A stretch of 64,000 nucleotides of DNA from Marsupella aquatica (Eukaryota; Plantae; Marchantiophyta), in NCBI GenBank assembly GCA_973895155.1, contig OZ316894.1, positions 12,006,828 to 12,070,827 on the forward strand, read 5' to 3'. The translations under genes were made by a program, and so were the position numbers. Positions 52,783 to 64,000 of this stretch are shown piece by piece (position 1 is the first letter of the stretch; every line of letters starts with the position of its first letter). The notes beneath the pieces are model-generated. The model did no database searches. It was not told the origin of the DNA and saw nothing but the letters and a program-made list of their open reading frames with translations.

Positions 52783-55700
52783 ATGGGTAGTAGATTGAAA
52801 GAAGACGAAAGAAATGAGAGGACTATCAGAGCTCTGTTAAAGCAGAGCGAGAACCGAAGATGCATCAACTGTGCGAGCCTGGTAAGGTGTCAGTATGCCA
52901 TGCCGCTGTTTTCTCACTCGATCAATGGTGGCCAGCCATTGTTTACAATCATTCCGTTAGTCGATCAGTCGGTCAATCATGCTGTCTTGTCTGGCAATCC
53001 GTGTCGTAGTGTACAAAATACTCCGCGGAATTTGCTTTTGAGACGGCCCGTTGGATCCTGATGGTGACGGCTCAACCCTTATGGAGATTTCCAGTGTATG
53101 TTTTGCGGCTGCCCTCCGAGGAGCTGTCTCCTGGACGAAGTTCTTTATCATATCCTAGAGTAGTTGCGAAGGGATTCTGTTTTGCGGGGCCTTTTGAAGT
53201 CGGAACTCGCAGGATCAGTCAGCGAAGCCTGATCTTCCTGCTTTCACTTACGTAGGGTGCGTCAGTTCTGTAGGCAGGACGTGTTGATTTACATATTTGG
53301 CTACTTTTTAGTATCATCTCCTGCTTTTTTATCATGCTCATTGACGATTCATCTGGGATGCAATGGCAGGGGCCCCAGTATGTGTGTACAACTTTCTCGA
53401 TATTCGTCTGTACGAATTGCAGTGGACTACAGTAAGTGTTCAAGATCTGACTGTCATCTGTCTTTGTGTATTTTTTTCTTTCTTCGAACAGCATTTTCTA
53501 GTTTCAACCGTAGAACGCGATCTATTATATATATAACATGTTGACATGTGCTTCGGTGAAAAATCTGTCGCTCATCAATTATCGTAAACTGGGAGCTTGT
53601 TAGTCACAAGTACCTGCTATTCTGGACTTGCATCATGTACTTCGTGTCTGCCTACGAGGTTGTCGGTCGATCAGGGTGCACGACTGGCCCTTGTTCCCTG
53701 TGTAACGTTGACATAGTTTACAAGTCACTTCGAGGAACTAGCGATTCAGACACTTGAATGGGCTATGCTTGTCATTCTAGTTCTCATCGTGTATCCGTTG
53801 ACGTCCCATGTCCTGCCACTGTCTTAACAGCCGGGAATTCACCCATAGGATAAAGTCAGTGTCCATGGCCAAATTTACAGCTGATGAGGTGCGGAATTTA
53901 CAGGCTGGTGGTAACGAGGTAACTATTCTTTCCGCCCTTCAAACTGAACCTTGGCAATGTTGTCTCACGGGGCGAGTCCGAGTGTCTTGTCACATGGGGT
54001 TATAATAGGTATCGAGGAGGGACGGAATTACCAGCATATTGGCGCTCGCAGATGAATCATGCCAATTTCCGAAAGGAGGACAATAAGCGCAAATTGCACA
54101 TAGTGGGGGACATCGTCGTTCACAAATTTTATCAACATTATATCTGTAGATCACACGAAGTGTTCTGACGGGTTGGCCTTTGCCGAATGCATTAATGAAT
54201 TTATCTGTGAATCACACGACGTTTGTTTGATTTACTCAGCGCGCCCGAGAAACATTTTTGAAGGACTACGATCTTCAACGGAATTCTCTGCCAGATAGCA
54301 GGTATGATAAGAAGTTTCTTTAACGAGGAATGATGATAAATGGCTGCCAAATAGTAAGAAAGACATCTTATAGTCGGATGAGTATTCCACAATGTCGACA
54401 AATCTATGTGCTTGAGAATATCATGGTTGGAATCGGAGCAGCGCGGCAGCATGACTACTGTCTTTATCTGTTACTGATTTCGAAATGCATGGGCAGCAAC
54501 GTGGATAAGTTGCGTGACTTCATAAAGGGCGTGTATGTGGAAAGACGGTATACTGGAGACCGTCCTGCAGCTAGAGCTCGACAGGTAGGTTTCATGATCC
54601 AGTCCTCAATTGGACCCGGATCCCACCAGCTTGACTGTTGTCTTAGTGCCTTGAAAAAAGTCCTATCTTTGTATTTGTTTAACTAGTGGGTGGGGGTATG
54701 TGCATGTGACGGCGAAGCTTATGTAGAGGACTTCTGCTCAAAAACCATGCCTGCTCGCTTTCAGGGAGACCGAGATGATTCTTATGACTCCCGTCGACCT
54801 GAACGCCCTGAAGCACGATCAGATGGTCGAAGTCCCCCATTTGAGGACCGAAATGATGATCGGCGATTTGTGGAGAGGCGTAGATCTGATGTCGATCGAG
54901 GACGATATCAGGATGACCGAGTTGTACGTTTTGAGGAGAAAAGAAGTCCCGGAAGATTTGAACCGGATCGAAGTAGGTATGATCAGAAGAGTAAGTATGA
55001 TGACCGCCGACAGGAGGAAAGGACTCGCTTCGACGAAAGAGAACGGGACCGACGGGCATCTTATGATGATCGGTTTGCAAATGAAGTCCGTCATGACAGG
55101 CGAAGATCTGCTGATGACCGCCCCAATGCCAAGGAGTTTGAAGGCGACAGTCCTCCAGTTCGCCCAGTGACTGAGATCCTTGGGGATAATGTCCCTCAAC
55201 TCTGGGTAGAGGAGTTCCGCCAGACGAATGGTCGTGACGATACTTCGTGGTCTTCAAACTCATCTCCTGTAAGTGGTAGATATTAGAATTGAACCCAAAG
55301 TACAGCAATGTTTTTCTGAAACGCTATTTCTTGACTGAAACCTTTCTGGAATAGTACCGTGAGGCGTTGACGCTCTAGAGATTATGAGTCATTTCTTCCT
55401 GTCTTCAGATTTTTGAAATTACATGTGGGCTACAATTGACCTTGGTTTTCCAGGCTGAACAACGCAAAGACAAAGAGATACCCAAGCTCGGGTCTTTTGG
55501 CAATGCGAATGGTAATGCAATCGCCGCACCTTCGGCAGCTATCAAGAGGGTCAACTCAGGCAGTTTGATTGACTTCAGTGCAGAACCAGAGCCCACTGTT
55601 GTAGCAAGTCCAACAACAGACCCGTTTCAAGTGTCAGCTCCGGTGGTCCCTTCATCAGCAGCAAATCCAACCAGCAGTACAGGCTGGGCAACATTTGACA

Positions 55701-58504
55701 CAACATTTGACACAATACCTAGTGCGACAGCTACTATTCCTTTTGACGGACCTCCCCCAGGTTATCCAGATGTTTTTGCCACTCCATCAAATGGGAGTGA
55801 ATGGGCTGCGAGCAGCTGGCCTTCAACCCAGGCACCCACCACCATTTCCACCTCTGACGACTGGTCTTCCTTGGTTGCTCCATCTGTGCACCAGCCGGTG
55901 ATGGCCACAGGACCACAGGTGAGTATGAAAGTAGTTGACTGGTTGCCGACGCCTGAAGTATTAGTAGATGAGCACGAGTACTCTGGGAGATGCCCCCAGG
56001 TTGTACTTATGCTTTATGTTTTGTTGTCCAGGGTTTGGCGAGCAGGAACTCTTTTCCACCGGCAAGCAGTAACCATGCGTCGCATGCAATGTCTTTGCAT
56101 GGGCAGCACGGATTACTCCAACAGTCGAAGAGCTCAGCTGCTATTCTAGCACCAAGTGTGGACAGGTCAAAGGAATTACCAAAGGTATACAGTTGCACTC
56201 ATTTGTTGCAACAGGTCTCCAGTTCTAATATCCTATTGCAGTTCGAGTGTATTATTCCATGAGTTTCTTTTGCCCTCACTTAATTTTCCGCATTCTGTGC
56301 TGAATATAGTTTTTAACGGATGTTAGAATGAGAATGGCTTATGAGTTTTCCACGTGACGTCAAACATTGACAATGTTTGCCTTTGGCAGGATCTTTTTGC
56401 ACACTCTTTCACTTCTGTGGGCATGCCAACGGGTGGACACGGAATGGGCCAACAAATTGCTGACTTTGTTCCAGCAACCCAACCCTTTGGACAGGTGATT
56501 GATCAGTAACGAAATTGAATTCCCATTTGGCTTTTTGTAAAGGATTGACGCCGGTCATACGTAGGCTTCCTGTGAAAGTTTAAAAGATTGATGCCGTTCA
56601 TGCGTAGGCTCCCTATGAAAGATATGATTTGATGTACAATGCATATGGGCTCAATATGGGTACAAAGCTTCTCCTAACAAATTCTGAGTGCGAGTTCAGA
56701 ACAGTGAACCGCAGTCAGGGACAAAACAGATATTACTTACTTAACATGTGTTTATCTAGAGGGCCTGCTGAGTTGAGTCACGTGACTTACAGGTGATGGT
56801 GTGCGGTGTAATATTTGTATTGTGATTAGAATAATATGGGGTAGCACACTGGAGACGTTTTCTCTTCGAACTGAATTACATTTTTTTTGGACTCCTGGGG
56901 AAGAAACTAATGAAGTAATTTGCTCACAAGACATGTCAAAGATTTGTGTGCGAGTAGTTCCAGTTTACTTTTTGAAGGCTTACATTGCATCAAAGTGACA
57001 GTTCAATTTTTTTGGCAGGGAGGAATGCCAACTTATGCTCAACTACCGAGGAGTAGAAATCCATTCGATTTACCCGGAGATGCAGGCCCTTCTGCAACTG
57101 TAGGCAATGTAATCACCCAAGTCTCTGTCTGTCTGTCACCACCCGGTGCAAGCCTCTTTATTCTTTTAAATGTATTTATTTTGCGTTGTACGGAACCTGA
57201 TGGAGGTAGGACTCTTCGACGACAATTGTTGATGTATGTCAATTTGCCTGGGACTTTGCGGACCTGTCCACTTTCTGATTTGGATATTTTGCAACAGCTG
57301 ACTAGGTGAAAGTGACTCTGCGATTTGTTAATGATACTTCTTGTGAGGCAATGTACTTCATTTTGAACGTATGACTTCGAAACTAGGTTTAGGCGTATGA
57401 CTCATTTACAATGACGGTGTTTGCAGTTTCCCAACCTTGGGTCTCTTCAAGCTGCTCTCCCGAACGGACCATTATCAATGCCAGCTTCTGGGGCACCCAC
57501 ATCATCAAATCATTGGTCCATGGGTTTGCAACCAGCGTCTTACCCCCCGAACGGTGCTCCAGGTATAATAACAGCGGGTGTGAGTTCTGTATGTCAAGTT
57601 TTTTGTGAAAGGTGAATTAGGGAACGCGAACTGATTCCTTCGGTTTGAGAAACCCAGCTAGAGCCCACGAACTGACCTAGCAGTGGATATGAGAAACAGA
57701 ACGAAGTCAATTCCAGGATAGGAAGACTTGTTAGGGCCCCTAGTAATGTCAAATTTGAACTCGGAATGTCTTCAAATTAAGAAGTAATTGCACGGCCAGT
57801 TATGAGGGCTCTTATGCATGCAATTGGTTTCTCTCAATGAGAACCAAGGTATAATCATAATCATAGATAAGCAAGTAAAAAGTATCGGATTAGGAGGGAC
57901 AAGTTGTCTCGGTATAGGTTGACTTCTGCTCTTTACGGCTGGTCAGTCTTTTGTTCGTGTTCCCTTAATTCATAGAGTAACTTGGAAAAGAGTAATGAAA
58001 CCCTAACCTGGAATACGGGAATTCTATGGAAGAAATTTCGGATTTTTTTGGTTAGAAATATTAGTTCACTTTACTCACATTCTACCTTTCATGAACACAG
58101 GTGGAAGTGGGAGCTCCTTCATCCATCAAAACAGTGTGCCCTCATCTGGAATGTGAGTTTGCTCACTATTGGGGCATTTCGTTCTTGTCGTTATTCAAGA
58201 AATTGGCTTATTAAAGCTTTATTGTCACAAACTTTCACATCCACTAAAACCGTACTAACAATTGGTCGCCCTCGTACCACATGCCAATCTGCTGCACGAT
58301 ACTCTCGGACATCGCATAACTATTGTTGTTTGCATTTCTAACAGGCATGCGCAGACCAGTGGACCTTCACTGGGGTACTCAGATTCGGGAAGTTTCAACA
58401 ATAGAGGACTATTTCAGGCTGATCCGTCGTTTATTGGATCAGGAAGCACAGAATTTCCAACTCAGAATTTTCTGCGAACTGTTAGTGGCAATCCTTTCGG
58501 CTAG
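52783..58504 (+). CDS. AGD14: ADP-ribosylation factor GTPase-activating protein, AGD14/NIG (AGFG-like) type
   Basis: Spliced N-terminus MGSRLKEDERNERTIRALLKQSENRRCINCASLGPQYVCTTFSIFVCTNCSGLHREFTHRIKSVSMAKFT contains CxxC-x16-CxxC-x4-R; R/D-rich middle, SLIDF, DPF/NPF motifs; ends GNPFG*. Confidence 0.93.
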
Positions 58505-60869
58505 GCACTTGTATACTCGTAAATTATCATTCCTCAAGTTTTGCAGCCTCAATAAAAAAGGTGGTGTTTCTCTCAAGCCGGACAGGTGATTTTTCTAGGT
58601 AGTGTGTAAGTGGAGGTCGTATTGTCAAGGAGATTAAAATGTCCCTTTCAGAAGGGTCAGGGTGTTGTGTATTGTAATGAGATATTTATTCTGGAGAGGA
58701 ACAGCGTGTTGTTTATCGAGTTGAATTCAATCGTTGCAACAGTAATGTGATGGCACTCATCTTCCATGTACACTACAACTCCCTGGTTGTTTTCCCCTCT
58801 CGGTATTTCGACATTCGGCTTGCTGGAGGCGTCGTCTTGGGGGCGGCTGTTTTACACGTGTGTTCTGTCGAAGTTCTCTTATACAAGGTATATCCTGCTT
58901 TGATTGATCAATCAAGGGAACAACTAGTCATCAACAATTTACAAATGAATGTCTTGTAGATAGCAAGGGACAGGGAACACATTCCTTTGGGAATGAGCCA
59001 AGGTTGTGGCACTTAGTACCACCTGACGGCTTGTCTGATGGAACTCTTAAATAAATAGAGTAGATCGGGTCCTGTTCAAGTGGCTCACGAATCATGCATG
59101 TTTGCTCTCTAATGACCTCTACATTGTTACATTTTTTATTGTGGACTTGGAAGCGTTAACAAGTTGATGCGCTGATGGAAATTTGTGCAGTTTTTCACCA
59201 GACAACATGGTTCTTAATACTTATTCCAATAGTGAAGCCGTGAATCCCAGTACATTTATGAATGGTCTGCCTTCGAAGGTCTACCCTGTCACGCAGAAAC
59301 GTCCTAGCTATTGTGATCTGTTGCTACATGAAATATGCCTGGAACGTCCCACCTTGGAATTTGGCCTAATTAGGATCGACAAAACTTTTACTCGAGCTTT
59401 AGTCCTGAGATGAGGTTTTGACACGAAAGATCATGTACAGTTCAGACGCAAATATTTATCCAAGTCCAAGAGTGATCAGCTGAGACAGGATTCCAACATA
59501 GTATTTGTGTGAGAGTGAAGATCTGTGATTATATAACCGCACCATCCTAGGGAAGACACATGCCCAGAGATCTCATGTGAGTCTAGAAATTGTAAGGGAG
59601 TACAAAGTTTGCTATGGAGATCCACACCAAGCCTATGATCTGTTCCAAGGAAATTTTTAGAAAGTTGTCAGTGTTTATATCAAATTGTTTAGAATGTTCA
59701 GAAATTTTGTATTAGAATCATTTAGAGAATGTCTAACGTAACCTGATGTACCATAGTGCCATCCCGGTTTGCACATGACCTGTGCTAAATATGAATTATG
59801 TTTATTCCACAAAAAGGAGCCAAAATGTCACTCCTAATTTTGGTTTTTAATTTTTTAGAATAACTAGCCTAATGCGTCATTTGGACATCTATAAGCGGTG
59901 AGAACAAACAGAGTCAGGAGAACAGACAGTCAGGGCACATAACAATTGGTGAGAACAAAAAGAATCTTCTCCGATCTCCCACCCTGGTCAATGGTAACCG
60001 TGTGCCTCAGCTTGGCTGGAGCCACGTCTGGCTAGAGTCACACTTCATAGGCTTCAGTATATGTAGTAACCCTTATTCTAGCTTCTGGTCGTGGTTATAT
60101 ATATATATATTAGATTTTATAAAGACTTCACTCTAGACGAGCACCCAATCTAGCTTGGTAACTTTGTGCCTTGCCTGGCTATAGTCACAGCTAGAGTCGA
60201 AGTCCACATGCTTCCCTCTAGATGGTAACCCTTATTATATAATTAGATTAGCTCAATAATTGTGTGACAGTTATACAAATGATCTTATGTTGCCCAAGAT
60301 GTGATTATGTGAAATATGTTGGCAGTTATCACCATTATATAATTCTATTAGCTCAATATTTGTGTGTAAGTTACACAATGATGTCGTGTTGCCCAATAGG
60401 GGAAAGATATCTTGAAATAAAAAGATGTTCTTAATAAATAAGATATCATTAAAAAATTTGTCAAAAATGTTGTATACAAGATGTCATGAGGTAAAAAGAT
60501 GTTATGACCCCAAAAAAATTATTATGTAAAAAATATTGTGAAATAAAAAGGTGTCATCAAATGTTGCTATCCCAAACATGTAGGTAAGTAAAATGATATT
60601 GTTAAGTACAAAATGGTCTTTAAATGAAGAGATGTTAATCAACATTGTTGTGAAGTAAAAGTAAAAGATATTGTTAAGCACAAAATAGTAGAGAATTAAA
60701 AGGATATTGTGAAATAAAAAATGATGCTAAATACAAAAGTGAAAGAAAAACAAAACCAAAATAAAAGATTTTGAAAATAATATACATTATATCAATTTAA
60801 TAGAGAATTTTATCATATATAACATTTTTGGTTAACATTGTTTCTTCATTTTCACTATCTGGAAGTATT

Positions 60870-61411
60870 TTCATCCTTGTAGGACATGTTACTGTTGAAA
60901 AGACAACATACAATTGACCATCATTGAAAACTGACTACAATAATCATATATGTTCTAAATTCAGACCATGTGCCTTATTAATCGTGATTGCATATGCTCC
61001 TTGAACCAGAAATTGGACTCGTGACAAAATGAAGGCAAGTCCCTCATCTGTTGTGCTTGAGACAGCAGGTTTGAGAACAGCCAGGAATTTGATCAAACTC
61101 TCAATTTCTACAGCTTTGTATGTCCAAAATATATGTATGCTGTTTGAGATGAGACATTCATGATGCAAGGTACACATTCTGAGTAGTCAAGCTTTGATTC
61201 TATCAAAAATCTGATTCAGTCACCATTATTTCAGTTGAATGTAGCTTTTAATCGAGGAAAACATATGATGTAGCTCTCTATAGAGAAAAGTAGACGCAAT
61301 CAATTGCCTGCCCCGGAGCTCTCGTGGTTGGAGATTTAGGATTAGAGCTCTACTTTCACCAAATGTCCTGGAATGTCTGTGAATAAGGTTCAAGATGAAC
61401 TCTCTTTGCAT
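60870..61411 (-). mobile_element. Helitron Pif1-like helicase C-terminal remnant
   Basis: SRVQFLVQGAYAITINKAHGLNLEHI..SVFNDGQLYVVFSTVT matches the RxQFP..AFAxTINKxQG..VFSHGQLYVAxSRV motif of Helitron helicases. Confidence 0.75.
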
Positions 61412-62739
61412 TAGGTTGATCCAATTGCCTTTTGAAGAGCTCCCGGTTCATTTAGCAATCATGGACTACATGGATTGCCATGACCAGTTATTTCAGCAGC
61501 TAATTAGTAACTTTCATGGTGTCAATTTTTGTTGTCTTGTAGTGATGTGTAGATGGTTGTTGCATAATATTTGATAAGATTGAGTGAAATAAAATACAAA
61601 ACTCAAAGTACAACGTACACATGTCAAAGAAAAGTACATTTCACTAATGAAGAAGAAAAATACTGCCCCCACTTGTGCACATAAGGGACATATTCTCACT
61701 TGCCTTAATGACACCCAAATCAATCAAAGGTTGTGCACATAAGAGGTACATAATAGCCTCACTTGCCTTAGGTAATGACAATGAAAACCATCAACTTAGG
61801 AAACAAAAGTATGAGGACGACCTAAAAAGTGTGCACATTTATAAGAATACTTTATCTCTCATTCACTGAAGAGATAGAATCTTTCTACATTGACAGAAGT
61901 TACACTCGCTGAAGGGATTGCATTCACTCTATTGAAATCTAAATGGAGTGGGAAAGGAGGCAAGATTAAACACATTAAGAGAGAGTGCCCAAATAATCTA
62001 GAATCTGATAATACAGGATAGTGATGAACCCTATTATGGCACATTGAAAACAATACACAATGAAAAATCTTTTTAAGACAAAATACTGAAAGGTGGGTTT
62101 TGGCCATTATAGCAGTGTCAATTCTCTGGAGTAGTTTCTTGTGGGATTGTACTAATCATATTCTGGGTGCTCTCAAACCAAATTCTCCACTTGAAGTCTT
62201 CTTGCAGCTGTACAGCAGGTGGGATGGGAGATATCATACAACAACCTAGCAATTGAAACAGCATTTCAAAAGTAGCATCCGTGACGACAATTGATAACTG
62301 GCCTCTGGTTCATTTGCAACGGCAAATGTCTATCGAGTTTCCTGTAGAGCTTATCAGCCCATTATATCTATTGGGTTGTTAAACTCAAAAGCAAAATAAT
62401 GTGAAAACTGAAACCAGCTACAATGGAATGACAACTAAAAAAAGAGTGATTCAAAATGAGATCAAACATTTATGAGGGTAGCCAAATAACATTCAAAATA
62501 CTCTAAGTTCACTAAATTAAGAGGAGTCCAAAAGTTAATTCAAAATCAACTTAATACAAAATGATTCACCTTATTAAGGCACATTAAAATTAAAATAATG
62601 GACACAAAATCAGAATAAGACAAAATCTGAAAGGTGGATTCATCATTATAGTAACTTGATAAATTTTAGTCATTGTGAAAATCCATGGGAACATCCTGGC
62701 AACCTGTAGGTCCAACTGGGCTCAAAATGTTTTGCCATT

Positions 62740-62932
62740 CCTAGTTTTTGAGGGGGGCTAACTGGACGCCAGATGTTTTTTTAATTCCTAGGTTTTAGGG
62801 GGCCTAATCGGTCGCCACATGTTTTATCTGGCGGGCTAACTGGACGCCAGATGTTTTTTAAATTCCTAGGCTTTATGGGGCCTAATCGGTCGCCACATGT
62901 TTTTTAATTTCTAGTTTTCGAGGGGGCCTAAT
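62740..62932 (+). repeat. Higher-order tandem repeat, ~78-bp period made of two related subunits
   Basis: GGGCTAACTGGACGCCAGATGTTTT alternates with GGGGCCTAATCGGTCGCCACATGTTTT. Confidence 0.85.
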
Positions 62933-63427
62933 TACGAGGTACTGTATACAGTACTCGCGGCAATGCTACTCCGCCGCCAGCTGGCAGGCGGGCGGGCAGA
63001 GGATTTAGTCGGGGGCAGGGAATCCAGGCGCCGGCGGCATAAATGTGATCGCAAATGCACACCGTACGATTCCTTCCCGCCAGATACAGAGTACGTTAGA
63101 ACAGAGGATTCGCCGTCATCGGCCGGACGGCTCCCACCGGTCGGTTCGTTGGCGTGGACGGCTTTTTCGGACGGAAGGGCTCCAGTACGTGACCGCGAAA
63201 GCATTTTACAAACGCCATGCCTTCCTGCCAGGTCAGTTCCAATCGCCTCTCTCTGAGTGCACACTCGGCCCGGGCAAACACTTATTTGGACATTTATTTG
63301 GACGGCTTGCCATGTCACATGGGTACGCCTCATACCTGAATTCAGGCTCTCAAGTCCTTGCCAAGGCAACAGCGCTGGACCCGTCCAAATTTAATCTTAA
63401 AATATATTTTGAAAAAGAGCATGGGCC

Positions 63428-63875
63428 CCAAGGTCTTGTAAAGCCACCCTTCTAAATGAATATTGAACTAGGCAAAGCAGAAGGAGAAAGAACCGTCCAC
63501 CTCTAGTAATGTCAAAGTCTTTTCCCCTTGTAGCACTTTACAAACCGGCCACAAGGTCTTGTAAAGCCATTCTTCCAGTAAATATTAGACTAGGCAAAGG
63601 AAGGGAGATAGAACCGTCCTCCTCTAGTACATCTCGTCTCTAGTTCTTTTCATCTCGTTGCACTGTACAATCCGCCCCCCACACAAGAAGAGCATGAGCC
63701 ACTCAGACTAGGTAAAGCAAGTGGAGAAAGAACCGTCCTCCTCTGCTAATGTTATTATGGTAAACCCCTAGTGTATTTGGTTGTTTTGTATTTCTATAAA
63801 ACGTTACAAGTTATTATGGTAACCCCTACTAGTGTATTTGGTTTTTTTTGTATTTCTATAAAACGTTACAAGACG
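63428..63875 (+). repeat. Diverged direct repeats (3 x CTAGG(C/T)AAAG..GGAGA(A/T)AGAACCGTCC block; 2 x ~60-bp AT-rich block)
   Basis: Blocks at ~63468, 63589 and 63708; GTTATTATGGTAA..CTAGTGTATTTGGTT..TTGTATTTCTATAAAACGTTACAAG occurs twice. Confidence 0.75.
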
Positions 63876-64000
63876 TTACCCTGCAGGTGAGCCACGGAAG
63901 TCCTATGTCAGTCTCGCTTGGGGATTTTCAAATATGAACAAGAATACACACAAGTTGCAAGTGGCAACGAGTGACAGACCACAATTTTGCATTGTAAAAG

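Noticed and set aside
54679-55308. Overlapping 209-aa and 126-aa minus-strand ORFs
   Set aside because: Antisense shadows of the R/D-rich ArfGAP exon.

Overview
Eukaryotic nuclear DNA from a land plant. The short GT-AG introns and gene set suggest a non-seed plant, but the species cannot be determined. Four intact multi-exon + strand genes were reconstructed by hand: ureidoglycolate hydrolase (UAH, 20574-25132), CAK assembly factor MAT1 (28175-30561), an NADP-type glutamate dehydrogenase homologue with an N-terminal zinc finger and NLS (37320-44849), and an AGD14/NIG-type ArfGAP (52783-58504). Mobile DNA comprises a decayed Ty1/copia element (1-10380) whose integrase is split by a 4435-bp TG..CA insert with a 5-bp TSD, a related copia solo LTR, a Mutator-type MITE containing a 4x107-bp array, a 2-kb hAT element, and LINE and Helitron remnants. 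The main leads are: (1) the GDH homologue has lost its catalytic lysine while keeping ligand-binding motifs and carrying a transposase-like zinc finger, so it is a candidate nuclear nitrogen/carbon sensor; (2) the UAH upstream region is a chimera of the MAT1 upstream segment and the GDH 5' leader, so two nitrogen-metabolism genes share uORF-containing sequence; (3) the solo-LTR-like insert carries a ~613-codon orphan ORF; (4) an intronless gene has a HEPN-like RNase motif. Coordinates were read by eye and no searches were run.
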